Notes: a model not told the origin generated them from the letters alone. A stretch of DNA of 64,000 bases from Lachnospiraceae bacterium UBA3689 (GCA_002371465.1 DFIU01000010.1:236638-300637); one strand, 5' to 3'; counted from the stretch's first letter, positions 37,585-48,335 are shown. Numbers and translations: made by a program.

Positions 37585-38829
37585 ATGAATATAGAAGAAA
37601 TGGGAAAAAGGGCAAAGGCGGCTGCCGCTCTGACAGCCAATTTGTCGACAGATCTGAAGAATAAAGTCTTAAGGGACGCCGCCGGTATGCTGCTGGCTGC
37701 ATCGGGCGATCTCATCCATGAGAACCAGCACGACCGCGAGCATGCCCAGGAAAAGGGCATTTCGGAGGGACTTTTGGACCGGCTGACCTTAACCGACGAC
37801 CGGATTCGGGGCATGGCTGAGGGACTCAGGCAGGTGGCGTCCTTGGACGATCCCATCGGCAATGTTTCGGAGATGAAGCGCCGTCCCAACGATCTTTTGA
37901 TCGGAAAAATGACCGTGCCGCTGGGCGTCATCGGCGTCATCTATGAGGCAAGACCCAATGTCACCTCCGACGTCTTTGCCCTTTGCTTTAAGACCGGCAA
38001 TGTGTCCATCTTAAAAGGAGGCAGCGACGCCATCAACTCCAACCGGGCGATTGTCGCCATTTTGCGCCGGGCGCTCAAGCAAAACGGCGTTCCCGTGGAC
38101 GCCCTGCAGCTGATCGAAGATACCTCCCGCGAGGCGACCAGGGAGTTTATGCACCTCAACCGGTATGTCGACCTGCTGATCCCCAGAGGGGGTGCGGGCC
38201 TGATTGCGGCCGTGGTAAAGGAAGCGACCATCCCGGTCATTGAGACCGGGACCGGCAACTGCCACGTCTATGTCGATGAGACGGCGGACCTTGGCATGGC
38301 GGTCAACATCATTTTTAACGCCAAGACCCAGCGGATCGGGGTCTGCAACGCCGAGGAGAGCCTTTTGGTCCACCGGGATATCGCAGGTCAGCTGCTGCCA
38401 AAGCTGGAAGAAAAGTTAAAGGAAAAAAAGGTCGAGCTGCGCGCCGATGAGGCTGCCGCCAAGTTTCTTACCAACTCTGTCCCGGCGACGGAAGAGGACT
38501 GGGGCAAGGAGTACCTTGACTACATCCTATCCATCAAGACGGTCACGAGCCTAAAGGAGGCGGTCGACCATATCAACCGCTACAACACCGGTCATTCCGA
38601 GGCAATCGTCACGACGAATTACGAACATGCCCAGCAGTTTCTGCGCGACGTGGACGCCGCTGCCGTCTATGTGAACGCTTCGACCCGCTTCACGGACGGA
38701 TTTGAATTCGGCTTCGGCGCGGAGATTGGAATCAGCACCCAGAAGCTCCATGCAAGAGGGCCCATGGGACTTGACGCACTGACAACCTACAAGTACATCA
38801 TTTACGGAAACGGACAGATTCGCAGTTGA
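37585..38829 (+). CDS. proA: Gamma-glutamyl phosphate reductase
   Basis: PLGVIGVIYEARPNVT, GNCH, CNAEE, NASTRFTDG, GISTQKLHARGP. Confidence 0.97.
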   Translation: MNIEEMGKRAKAAAALTANLSTDLKNKVLRDAAGMLLAASGDLIHENQHDREHAQEKGISEGLLDRLTLTDDRIRGMAEGLRQVASLDDPIGNVSEMKRRPNDLLIGKMTVPLGVIGVIYEARPNVTSDVFALCFKTGNVSILKGGSDAINSNRAIVAILRRALKQNGVPVDALQLIEDTSREATREFMHLNRYVDLLIPRGGAGLIAAVVKEATIPVIETGTGNCHVYVDETADLGMAVNIIFNAKTQRIGVCNAEESLLVHRDIAGQLLPKLEEKLKEKKVELRADEAAAKFLTNSVPATEEDWGKEYLDYILSIKTVTSLKEAVDHINRYNTGHSEAIVTTNYEHAQQFLRDVDAAAVYVNASTRFTDGFEFGFGAEIGISTQKLHARGPMGLDALTTYKYIIYGNGQIRS

Positions 38830-40253
38830 ATAGAAAAAAAGAAGAAAATAAGCAGGAAGAACTTCGGCAGAAGCAGTTTATTGCCATGACGAAGGAACTG
38901 ATGGAACACAGAAACCAGACTACGGGAACTGCCCTGAAATCCTATGTCGAGACCTTCGGCTGTCAGATGAACGCGCGGGATTCCGAAAAGCTGAGGGGCA
39001 TCTTAAGCGCCGTCGGCTTTAAGGAGGCAACAAAGGAAGAGGAGGCGGATTTTATCCTCTACAACACCTGCACGGTGCGGGAAAATGCCGACCTCCACGT
39101 CTTGGGCAGGCTGGGCAAGCTGGTAGGGTTAAAGAAACAGAACCCCAACCTGATCGTCGGGGTCTGCGGCTGCATGATGCAGGAACCCCAGATCGTCGCC
39201 AAGATCAAAAGGAGCTACCCGGTCGTGGACCTGGTCTTTGGCACCCACAACCTCTTTACCTTTCCCCAGCTCCTCTATCGCATTTTGACGGAGGACAAGC
39301 GGGTCTTTGAGATCTGGGAAAAGACCGACGAAATCGTCGAGGACCTGCCCGTCGAGCGCAAATATCCCTTTAAGACAGGGGTCAACATCATGTTCGGCTG
39401 CAATAACTTCTGCAGTTACTGCATCGTCCCCTATGTGAGGGGACGGGAACGGTCCCGGGAACCCCAGGCGATCCTTGATGAAGTCAGAAAGTTCGCTGCC
39501 GACGGGGTCAAGGAGATCATGCTGCTGGGGCAGAATGTCAATTCTTACGGCAAGACGTTGAATCAGCCTTACACCTTCGCCCGGCTATTGGACCAGGTCT
39601 GCAAGATTGATGGCATCGAGCGGGTCCGCTTCATGTCCTCCCATCCCAAGGATCTGACAGATGAGCTGATCGACGCCATCGCCGGAAATCCCAAGGTCTG
39701 CCGCCACTACCACCTGCCGGTCCAGTCCGGCAGCAGCCGCATTTTAAAGGAAATGAACCGTCACTACGACCGGGAACGCTACCTGGACCTGGTCAAAAAA
39801 ATCCGCGCCAAGGTGCCGGATATCTCCCTGACCACGGACGTAATCGTGGGCTTCCCCGGTGAGACGGAAGAGGACTTTGAGGAGACCCTGTCCCTGATCC
39901 GGGAAGTCGGCTATGACAGCGTCTTTACCTTTATCTATTCCAAACGGACCGGGACACCGGCTGCGGCTATGCCGAACCAGATTGAAGACAGCGTCGTCCA
40001 CGACCGGTTCGACCACCTGCTGGACGCGGTCCGGGACAGTGGGGAGAAGGCCTGCGCCAGATTTGAAGGGCAGACCCTCCCGGTCCTGGTCGAGGAAGTC
40101 AATCAGAGAACGCCGGACCTGGTGACCGGCCGCATTTCCCAGAATTTGATCGTCCATTTCCCTGGAACTGCCGCGGATATTGGATCGATCGTCCCGGTTC
40201 ACATGGATGAATGCAGGGGCTTTTACTACTTCGGCTCCAGGGCCGACGCATGA
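38826..40253 (+). CDS. miaB: tRNA-2-methylthio-N6-dimethylallyladenosine synthase
   Basis: TFGCQMN, NTCTVRENA, CNNFCSYC, TRAM domain; TTG start. Confidence 0.96.
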   Translation: MNRKKEENKQEELRQKQFIAMTKELMEHRNQTTGTALKSYVETFGCQMNARDSEKLRGILSAVGFKEATKEEEADFILYNTCTVRENADLHVLGRLGKLVGLKKQNPNLIVGVCGCMMQEPQIVAKIKRSYPVVDLVFGTHNLFTFPQLLYRILTEDKRVFEIWEKTDEIVEDLPVERKYPFKTGVNIMFGCNNFCSYCIVPYVRGRERSREPQAILDEVRKFAADGVKEIMLLGQNVNSYGKTLNQPYTFARLLDQVCKIDGIERVRFMSSHPKDLTDELIDAIAGNPKVCRHYHLPVQSGSSRILKEMNRHYDRERYLDLVKKIRAKVPDISLTTDVIVGFPGETEEDFEETLSLIREVGYDSVFTFIYSKRTGTPAAAMPNQIEDSVVHDRFDHLLDAVRDSGEKACARFEGQTLPVLVEEVNQRTPDLVTGRISQNLIVHFPGTAADIGSIVPVHMDECRGFYYFGSRADA

Positions 40254-40269
40254 CCGGAAAGGATAATTT

Positions 40270-42915
40270 ATGGCTTTAAGTCCCATGATGCAGGAGTACT
40301 GCAAACGGAAAGAAGACTATCAGGATTGTATTCTTCTGTACAGAATTGGGGATTTTTATGAAATGTTCTTTGAAGACGCCAAAATCGTCTCCAAGGAGCT
40401 GGAACTGACGCTGACCGGCAAGGACTGCGGGCTTAAGGAACGGGCTCCCATGTGCGGGGTCCCCTACCACGCCATCGACCAGTACATCAACCGCCTGGTC
40501 AAAAACGGCCACAAGGTCGCGGTCTGCGACCAGGTGGAGGATCCCAAGCTGGCAAAGGGTCTGGTCAAGCGAGAGGTAACCCGGGTTGTCACGCCCGGCA
40601 CCAATCTCGATACCGGAGCGGTTGAAGAGGGCCGCAACAACTACCTGATGTCCGTCGTCTGTACGGAGGATACCTTCGGCGTCGCCTCCTGCGACGTCGC
40701 GACCGGGCAGTTCCTTCTGACCGAAGCGGACAGCCTGGGCAGGCTGAAGGATGAGATCAACAAGCTGGAACCCTCTGAGCTGATCTGCAATGAGGCATTT
40801 TTGATGTCCGGCATCGATGTGGAGGACTTAAAGGGCAGGATGAAGATCCTGATCGATCCCCTCGACGATCGCTATTTTGAAGACGAGGCTTCGGAGACGG
40901 TCTTAAAGGACCATTTTCATGTGCAGAGCCTGGAGGGGCTGGGAGTTGAGGCTTTTCCCTGCGGCACCTGCGCGGCGGGAGCCCTGCTCACTTACCTCTT
41001 TGAGACCCAGAAGAGCGATTTAAGTCACATTTCCTCTATCACCACCTACCACACCGAGGAGTACATGGTCCTGGGGTCCGCGACCTTACGAAACCTGGAA
41101 TTAACGGAGACCCTGCGGGATAAATCCAAGCGGGGCAGCCTCTTATGGGTCCTGGACAAGACCCGGACGGCTATGGGAGCCCGGCTCCTTCGGACCTGGA
41201 TTGAACAGCCCCTCATCAAAAAGGACCAGATCGACGAAAGACTCGACGCAGTGGAAGCTTTAACTAAGGGCGAGATCGACCTGGCGGAACTTCGGGAATA
41301 TCTGTCCCCGGTCTATGACCTGGAGCGGCTTGCCATGCGGCTCAGCTATAAGAGTGCCAACCCCAGGGATCTGATCGCCTTAAAGACCTCCCTGTCCATG
41401 CTGCCTGCCATTAAGTCCAGTCTGGCAAACTTTTCCTGTGGCATGTTCGACCGCTTTTTTAAAGACTTTGATACCCTCGATGAGATCACAAAGCTCATTG
41501 AAGATGCCATCATCGACGATCCGCCCCTTGCCATGAAAGAGGGCGGGGTCATCCGGGACGGCTACAACGAGGAAGTAGATACCTACCGCAGGGCGGGCAC
41601 GGACGGTAAAAAATGGCTGGCGGAGCTGGAGGCGCGGGAACGGCAAAGAACCGGCATCCATACCTTAAAAGTCAAGTACAACCGGGTCTTTGGCTACTGC
41701 ATCGAGGTCACCAATTCCTTCAAGGACCTGGTGCCGGATGACTATACCAGAAAGCAGACCCTGGTCGGCAGCGAACGCTATACGACGACGGAACTAAAGG
41801 AACTGGAGCAGAAGATTCTAGGGGCAGAGGAGCATCTGACCACGCTGGAATACGAGATATACAGCGGCATCCGGGATAGAATCGGGGACCAGCTGCTCCG
41901 GATCCAGAAGACGGCGCGGATCGTCGCCCGGATAGACGCCCTCGCTTCCCTTGCCTATGTCGCCATTCACCAGCACTATGTCCGGCCCACCATGCGGACG
42001 GACGGGACCATCAAGATCCGCAACGGCCGCCACCCGGTCGTCGAGCAGATGATCCCCCACGACGGTTTTGTCCCCAACGATACGACCCTGGATAACCGCC
42101 AGAAACGGATCGCCATCATCACCGGTCCCAACATGGCGGGAAAATCGACCTATATGCGGCAGACCGCCCTGATCGTCCTCATGGCGCAGATCGGGTCCTT
42201 CGTCCCGGCTGACCTTGCCGAGATCGGCATTGTCGACCGGATCTTTACCCGGGTCGGAGCCTCCGATGACCTGGCGAGCGGGCAGAGTACCTTCATGGTG
42301 GAAATGACCGAAGTCGCCAACATCCTCAGAAACGCGACCGAAAACTCCCTGTTGATCCTCGATGAGATCGGGAGGGGGACCTCCACCTTTGACGGTCTGG
42401 CTCTTGCCTGGGCGATCGTCGAATATATCGCGGACCGGAAGCTGATCGGCGCCAAGACCCTCTTTGCGACCCACTACCACGAGCTGACAGAACTGGAGGG
42501 CAAGATCGACGGGGTCAGCAACTACTGCATTGCGGTCAAGGAGAAGAAGGACGGCATCGTCTTCCTCCGTAAGATCGTCAAGGGCGGGGCGGATAAGAGT
42601 TACGGCATTCAGGTCGCCCGCCTGGCGGGGGTCCCCGAGGCAGTCCTGTCCCGGGCGGACCAGCTCTCCGAACAGCTCTCCAAGGCGGATATCACAGCCG
42701 GCATCGATACCTTAAGCGGCAGGAAGAAGTCAGGGGCGATCAAGCGCCTTGACGACGTCGATCTGGAGCAGATGTCCTTCTTTGATACGGTTTCGGATCA
42801 GGACGTCATCACCGAGCTGGATGGGCTGGACCTGCAGACCCTGACTCCCATCGACGCCTTAAATGAACTCTACAAGCTGCAGAACAAACTGAAAAACCGC
42901 TATCGCAAATCCTAA
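40270..42915 (+). CDS. mutS: DNA mismatch repair protein MutS
   Basis: SPMMQEY, YRIGDFYE, GPNMAGKST, SGQSTFMVEM, DEIGRGT, SYGIQVA. Confidence 0.98.
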   Translation: MALSPMMQEYCKRKEDYQDCILLYRIGDFYEMFFEDAKIVSKELELTLTGKDCGLKERAPMCGVPYHAIDQYINRLVKNGHKVAVCDQVEDPKLAKGLVKREVTRVVTPGTNLDTGAVEEGRNNYLMSVVCTEDTFGVASCDVATGQFLLTEADSLGRLKDEINKLEPSELICNEAFLMSGIDVEDLKGRMKILIDPLDDRYFEDEASETVLKDHFHVQSLEGLGVEAFPCGTCAAGALLTYLFETQKSDLSHISSITTYHTEEYMVLGSATLRNLELTETLRDKSKRGSLLWVLDKTRTAMGARLLRTWIEQPLIKKDQIDERLDAVEALTKGEIDLAELREYLSPVYDLERLAMRLSYKSANPRDLIALKTSLSMLPAIKSSLANFSCGMFDRFFKDFDTLDEITKLIEDAIIDDPPLAMKEGGVIRDGYNEEVDTYRRAGTDGKKWLAELEARERQRTGIHTLKVKYNRVFGYCIEVTNSFKDLVPDDYTRKQTLVGSERYTTTELKELEQKILGAEEHLTTLEYEIYSGIRDRIGDQLLRIQKTARIVARIDALASLAYVAIHQHYVRPTMRTDGTIKIRNGRHPVVEQMIPHDGFVPNDTTLDNRQKRIAIITGPNMAGKSTYMRQTALIVLMAQIGSFVPADLAEIGIVDRIFTRVGASDDLASGQSTFMVEMTEVANILRNATENSLLILDEIGRGTSTFDGLALAWAIVEYIADRKLIGAKTLFATHYHELTELEGKIDGVSNYCIAVKEKKDGIVFLRKIVKGGADKSYGIQVARLAGVPEAVLSRADQLSEQLSKADITAGIDTLSGRKKSGAIKRLDDVDLEQMSFFDTVSDQDVITELDGLDLQTLTPIDALNELYKLQNKLKNRYRKS

Positions 42916-42920
42916 GGAGG

Positions 42921-44951
42921 GTGCAATTGGACCACGATATCCACGTTCTGGACCAGTCAACCATCGATAAAATCGCCGCCGGAGAGGTGGTGGAGCGGCC
43001 GGCGTCCGTCGTCAAGGAACTGACGGAAAATGCCATCGACGCGGGTGCTGACCGCATTACCGTTGAGATCAAGGACGGGGGCATTTCCCTCATCCGCATC
43101 TCGGACAACGGCAAGGGCATCGCCCCTGAGGACCTGCCCCTTGCCTTTTTGCGCCACGCGACCAGCAAGATTACGACCGTGCAGGATTTAAGTTCCTTAA
43201 ATTCCCTGGGCTTTAGGGGGGAGGCTCTGTCCAGTATCGCGGCGGTCAGCCGGGTGGAAATGATCACCAAACGGTCCGATGACTTAAGCGCGACCCGCTA
43301 TGTGATCGAAGGCGGCAAGGAGAAGCTGCGGGAGGAGATCGGCGCTCCGGACGGGACGACCATCCTGGTCCGGGATATCTTTTACAACACGCCGGCGCGC
43401 GCCAAATTCTTAAAGACGGCTCTGACCGAAGCTGCCCATGTCGGCAGCTTCGTGGAACAGCTGATCCTATCCAATCCCGACATCGCCTTTCAATTTGTTG
43501 TAAACGGGCAGACCAAGCTGACCTCTCCGGGCAATGGCAACTTAAAGGACGCCATCTACCACATCTACGGCAAAGAGATCGTTTCGGAACTCGTGGCGAT
43601 TGATAAGAAGGAGGACGGCGTCAGCATTAAGGGCTTTATCGCCAAACCGGCTGTATCCCGCGGCAACCGCAATTATGAGAATTACTATGTCAACGGCCGC
43701 TATGTCCGCAGCAGGATCATTTCCCGTGCCGTCGAAGACGGCTATACGACCAAGATGATGCAGCACCAGTACCCCTTTACCTGTCTCTTTATCGAAATGA
43801 CCGGCTCCTCGGTCGATGTGAATGTCCATCCCTCCAAAATGGAGGTGCGGTTTTCGGATGAGAAGCGGATGTACGATATCCTGTCCGCCTGTATCAAGGA
43901 GGCTCTCGACAAGGAGGACATGATCCTTAAGTCCTCGCTCAACACCCCGGATAAACCGGAGGCTAAATTGAGGGCGGAAGAGGAGAAACGGACGCCCCGC
44001 ATCGAGCCCTTTGAGGCGCGCGCCGCCTCCCTGGTCAAAGATGGGCAGGAGGCATATGGGGACCGGAACCTGGCAGGATCAGACTCCGCCTCCTTCCCGC
44101 CTTTTGGGACAGGAGTCCAGGGGGAAAATCAAGGGTTTCGAGTTCCTGTGGAACTCGGAACAGTTCCTGCGGAACCCGAAACAGCCGGAACGGAACATGC
44201 CGGAACCGGGGGCAAGGTTTCTTATGGCGATGGAAGCGGCAGTCCGGCTCAGGCGGGCCAGGCCGGTCAGGCACAGATAGAGGCAGATGCGGCTGATCAG
44301 GCTCAAAAGGCACAGGGCGGTGTCTATGAGCAGCAGTCCTTCCTGCCCCGTTTTCTGTCCCAGGAGGCGTCCCCCCTTCGCCGGATCGTCGGACAGGTGT
44401 TCAGCACCTACTGGATCTTTGAGTATCAGGACAAGATGTACATCATGGACCAGCACGCCGCCCACGAGCGGATCCTCTTTGAACGCTTCATGAAGAACTA
44501 CCATACCAGAAAACTGTCCTCCCAGCAGATCAGTCCGCCCATGATCCTGACTCTTAATTCCCAGGAGGAACAGCTGCTTCATACCTACCAGGACGCCTTT
44601 ACCTCCCTGGGCTTTGAAATTGAATCCTTCGGCGGAAGGGACTTTGCCATCCGGGCGGTCCCCTACGACCTGGGCACCATCGATTCGGAGGATCTCTTTT
44701 TAAGCCTCTTGAACCAGCTGGAATACAGCACCAGTATGGAGAACCTGGACATCTATATTCACCGGGTGGCAACCGAGGCGTGTAAAGCGGCGGTCAAGGG
44801 CGGAGGCAGACTATCGGTCGAAGAGGCTCAGAGTCTCATTGACCAGCTCTTTGACTGCGAGGATCCCTACCACTGCCCGCACGGTCGGCCGACCATCATC
44901 TCCATTCCCAGGACCGACCTGGAAAAACGCTTTAAGAGGATTGTATCATGA
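42921..44951 (+). CDS. mutL: DNA mismatch repair endonuclease MutL
   Basis: ELTENAIDA, GFRGEALSS, DQHAAHERILFE, CKAA, CPHGRP (MutH-independent nicking type); GTG start. Confidence 0.97.
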   Translation: MQLDHDIHVLDQSTIDKIAAGEVVERPASVVKELTENAIDAGADRITVEIKDGGISLIRISDNGKGIAPEDLPLAFLRHATSKITTVQDLSSLNSLGFRGEALSSIAAVSRVEMITKRSDDLSATRYVIEGGKEKLREEIGAPDGTTILVRDIFYNTPARAKFLKTALTEAAHVGSFVEQLILSNPDIAFQFVVNGQTKLTSPGNGNLKDAIYHIYGKEIVSELVAIDKKEDGVSIKGFIAKPAVSRGNRNYENYYVNGRYVRSRIISRAVEDGYTTKMMQHQYPFTCLFIEMTGSSVDVNVHPSKMEVRFSDEKRMYDILSACIKEALDKEDMILKSSLNTPDKPEAKLRAEEEKRTPRIEPFEARAASLVKDGQEAYGDRNLAGSDSASFPPFGTGVQGENQGFRVPVELGTVPAEPETAGTEHAGTGGKVSYGDGSGSPAQAGQAGQAQIEADAADQAQKAQGGVYEQQSFLPRFLSQEASPLRRIVGQVFSTYWIFEYQDKMYIMDQHAAHERILFERFMKNYHTRKLSSQQISPPMILTLNSQEEQLLHTYQDAFTSLGFEIESFGGRDFAIRAVPYDLGTIDSEDLFLSLLNQLEYSTSMENLDIYIHRVATEACKAAVKGGGRLSVEEAQSLIDQLFDCEDPYHCPHGRPTIISIPRTDLEKRFKRIVS

Positions 44952-45907
44952 CGAATTTGAGACCCCTGGTCGTCATTGCCGGACCGACAGCGGTCGGCAA
45001 AAGTGAGATCGCGGCGGAGCTGGGCCGCAGGATCGGCGGGGAAGTGGTCTCCGCCGACTCCATGCAGGTTTACCGCTATATGGACATCGGCTCTGCCAAA
45101 GTCACCCGGGAGGAAATGCTGGGCGTTCCCCACCACATGATCGACGTGGTTGATCCCATGGAGGAAATGGACGCCGCCCGCTATGCCCAGATGGCAAAAA
45201 CGGTCATCCGGGACATCCAGGATCGGGGAAAGATCCCCATCTTATGCGGGGGAACCGGCTTTTATATCCAGGCGGTGACCCGGGATATCTCCTTCGGGGA
45301 CCTGGCTGCCCCCGATAAAGCCCTGCGGCAGGAGCTGCTGACTTATGCAAAGACCTACGGAAACGAGGCACTGCACCGGCGCCTGCAGGAAGCTGACCCG
45401 GTCGCGGCGGGGGAGATCCACCCCAACAATGTCAAACGGACCATCCGGGCACTCGAATATCTTTCCGAGACCGGAGGGAAGATCTCCGATCACAATCAAA
45501 AAGAACGGGAGCGGACCAGCCCCTACGACCTGGCATATTTTGTGATCAACGACGATCGGGCAAAGCTCTACCGCCGCATCGAGGAGCGGGTCGATTTTAT
45601 GATCAAAGAGGGGCTGGTCGATGAAGTCGCCTATCTGAAGGCAATGGGACTGACCAGGCACCAGACCTCCATGCAGGGCATCGGCTACAAGGAAATCCTG
45701 GATGTGCTGGATGGGACCTGCTCCCTTGCCGAAGCGGTCGCCATCTTAAAGCGGGACAGCCGCCACTACGCCAAGCGGCAGATCACCTGGTTTAAGCGGG
45801 AGCCGGACGCCATCTGGCTTAGGCGGGGGGATTATGGAAATGATCCCCTTGCCATGACGAAGGCGATAGAGGAAATATTAAGAAAGAGGAAAATCATCCA
45901 TGGATAA
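44948..45907 (+). CDS. miaA: tRNA dimethylallyltransferase
   Basis: GPTAVGKS, SADSMQVY, GGTGFY, YAKRQITWF. Confidence 0.97.
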   Translation: MTNLRPLVVIAGPTAVGKSEIAAELGRRIGGEVVSADSMQVYRYMDIGSAKVTREEMLGVPHHMIDVVDPMEEMDAARYAQMAKTVIRDIQDRGKIPILCGGTGFYIQAVTRDISFGDLAAPDKALRQELLTYAKTYGNEALHRRLQEADPVAAGEIHPNNVKRTIRALEYLSETGGKISDHNQKERERTSPYDLAYFVINDDRAKLYRRIEERVDFMIKEGLVDEVAYLKAMGLTRHQTSMQGIGYKEILDVLDGTCSLAEAVAILKRDSRHYAKRQITWFKREPDAIWLRRGDYGNDPLAMTKAIEEILRKRKIIHG

Positions 45908-47192
45908 GATTCAGATGTACCGGCAGTCCGGCATTGACGAAGACGTCAGCCGCTTCGGGGAGGCAGTCGCCGGAAGACTAAAGGAACGGTTCGATCAGAT
46001 CGACGAGATCGCCGAGTTCAACCAGATGAAGGTCATCCGTGCCATGCAGGAAAGTCAGGTGAGTGAAGCCTGCCTGACCGGCACGACCGGCTACGGCTAC
46101 AATGACCTGGGGCGGGACAAGCTGGAGGAGGTCTACGCCAGGACCTTTCATACGGAGGCAGCGATCGTCCGTCCCCTCATCGCCTGCGGGACCCACGCCC
46201 TGTCAATCGCCCTCTTTGGCAATCTAAGACCAGGGGACGAACTGCTCTCCATCTCGGGTCTGCCCTACGATACCCTGCAGGAAGTCATCGGTATCCGACC
46301 CTCTAAGGGTTCTCTTTTTGAATACGGCATCACCTACCGCCAGGTCGATCTAAAGGCGGACGGCAGTTTTGACTTTGACGCGATCAGGAAGGCGATCAGC
46401 GATAAGACAGCCCTGGTGACCATTCAGCGCTCCAAGGGATATGAGTCCCGGCGGACCCTGTCCGTCAACCAGATTGGGGAGGCAATCGCCTGTGTCAAGT
46501 CCGTCCGTCCGGATCTCAAGGTCATGGTGGACAACTGCTACGGAGAATTTGTCGAGGAAGAAGAGCCCAGCGACGTCGGCGCCGATATGATTGTCGGCTC
46601 CCTGATTAAAAATCCGGGCGGGGGCCTGGCTCCGGTCGGCGGGTATATCGCCGGCACCAAAGAGTGCGTGGAAAATGCCTCCTACCGCATGACCTGTCCG
46701 GGCCTGGGAGCAGAGATCGGGCCCTCCCTGACCATGAACACCTCCTTTTTTCAAGGATTTTTCTTATCTCCGGTCGTAACGGCAGCCGCTCTGAAGGGGG
46801 CTGTCTTCGCTGCAAGCTGCTACGAAAAGCTGGGCTTTTCCTGCCTGCCGGATGCAAAGGAGGGCCGCCACGATATCATCCAGGCGGTCACCCTGGGTTC
46901 CCCCGAAGGGATCATTGCCTTTTGCAAGGGCATTCAGAAGGCGGCACCGGTCGATTCCTTTGTCTCACCCGAACCCTGGGATATGCCGGGCTACGACGAT
47001 CCGGTTATCATGGCAGCGGGAGCCTTTGTCGAAGGGTCTTCGATTGAGCTTTCCGCGGACGGTCCCATCCGCCCCCCCTACAACGTCTATTTCCAGGGGG
47101 GACTGACCTGGCCGTCCGCCAAGTTCGGCATCCTGATGTCCATGCAGTCGATGAAGGAAGCGGGGCTGATTCAGCTTCCCAAAGGAGAGTAA
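45900..47192 (+). CDS. YnbB-type PLP enzyme (methionine gamma-lyase / aluminium-resistance family)
   Basis: TGYGYNDLGR, CGTHA, VDNCYGEF, GSLIKNPGGG, QGGLT. Confidence 0.9.
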   Translation: MDKIQMYRQSGIDEDVSRFGEAVAGRLKERFDQIDEIAEFNQMKVIRAMQESQVSEACLTGTTGYGYNDLGRDKLEEVYARTFHTEAAIVRPLIACGTHALSIALFGNLRPGDELLSISGLPYDTLQEVIGIRPSKGSLFEYGITYRQVDLKADGSFDFDAIRKAISDKTALVTIQRSKGYESRRTLSVNQIGEAIACVKSVRPDLKVMVDNCYGEFVEEEEPSDVGADMIVGSLIKNPGGGLAPVGGYIAGTKECVENASYRMTCPGLGAEIGPSLTMNTSFFQGFFLSPVVTAAALKGAVFAASCYEKLGFSCLPDAKEGRHDIIQAVTLGSPEGIIAFCKGIQKAAPVDSFVSPEPWDMPGYDDPVIMAAGAFVEGSSIELSADGPIRPPYNVYFQGGLTWPSAKFGILMSMQSMKEAGLIQLPKGE

Positions 47193-48335
47193 ATGAAGCA
47201 GGTTCTCATCATCGGCGCGGGAGCTGCCGGTCTGATGGCGGCATATCAGGCAGCGGGGGCGGGGGCAGCCGTCACGGTCCTCGAAGCAAAAAAAAAGCCG
47301 GGAACCAAGCTCCTTCGGACCGGCAACGGCCGCTGCAATTTCACCAATCTGGGCAATCCCGCCGGCAGGTACCACGGCAGCGATCCCTCCTTTGCCCAAA
47401 AGGCGCTTGCGTCCTGGTCCGCGGAGGATACGGTCGCCTGTTTTAAGGACCTGGGGGTCCTGCCCTATATAAAGGATGGCTGGGTCTATCCCCACAGCGA
47501 GCAGGCGCAGACCATCCTGAATGCCCTTTTAAATCAGCTGACCCGGTTAAAGGTCAAGATCAAGTTAAACGAAGAAGCCCGGTCCTTTAAGAGGCAAAAC
47601 GGGGGATTTTTGGTCAATACCGGAGGCTGGCAGTACCGGGCGGATGCCCTGATCCTGACCTGCGGCACCGGGGCTTCTGTCAGGGAAGACCAGCAGATTA
47701 GGGAAGATGATTTACTGTCTTCCCTTGACTATGTGCCGCCCCGCCCCGCCCTCTGTCCCCTTTTGGTAAAAGATAAGCGGGCTGCCCTTTGGACAGGCGT
47801 CAGGGTCCACGCCCGAGCCTCTCTCTTTGCGGATGGGAAAGCCCTTCATGAAGAGGATGGGCAGATCCAATTTACGGCAAAAGGCATATCCGGCATCCCC
47901 ATCTTTAACATGTCCTACCGGGCGGGGCAGGCTCTGAGCCTGGGACAGAAGACCGAAGTGGCGCTTGACCTGGTGCCCCAGATGGGAGAAGAGGACCTGG
48001 CCGTCTTTTTGACCGATCACTTTTACTTAAACGGCATCATACCGGAAAAGCTGGCTCTAACCATGAAGGATCTGACCGATCCCCGGGAGGCGGCGCGAAG
48101 ACTGAAGCAGTACCGGATCCCCATTTCCGGGCTGGCTCCCAGGGACCAGGCACAGGTCCTGACCGGCGGGCTTGCCACCGGCCAGTTTGATCGTAAAACC
48201 ATGGAACATAGAGAAGTTCCCGGGCTTTTCGCGGCAGGAGAGCTGCTCGATATAGACGGAGAGTGCGGGGGCTGGAACCTCCAGTTTGCCTGGGCGAGCG
48301 GCGCCATAGCCGGAAAAAACGCGGCAGAAGTTTAA
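47193..48335 (+). CDS. HI0933/BaiN-like flavoprotein
   Basis: IIGAGAAG, TGNGRCNFTN, GELLDIDGECGGWNLQFAWASG. Confidence 0.88.
   Translation: MKQVLIIGAGAAGLMAAYQAAGAGAAVTVLEAKKKPGTKLLRTGNGRCNFTNLGNPAGRYHGSDPSFAQKALASWSAEDTVACFKDLGVLPYIKDGWVYPHSEQAQTILNALLNQLTRLKVKIKLNEEARSFKRQNGGFLVNTGGWQYRADALILTCGTGASVREDQQIREDDLLSSLDYVPPRPALCPLLVKDKRAALWTGVRVHARASLFADGKALHEEDGQIQFTAKGISGIPIFNMSYRAGQALSLGQKTEVALDLVPQMGEEDLAVFLTDHFYLNGIIPEKLALTMKDLTDPREAARRLKQYRIPISGLAPRDQAQVLTGGLATGQFDRKTMEHREVPGLFAAGELLDIDGECGGWNLQFAWASGAIAGKNAAEV

Noticed and set aside
36187-38829. 5-formyl-THF cyclo-ligase between proB and proA; ProB without PUA
   Set aside because: All frames are intact, PUA-less ProB is known, and I see no evidence of new function.
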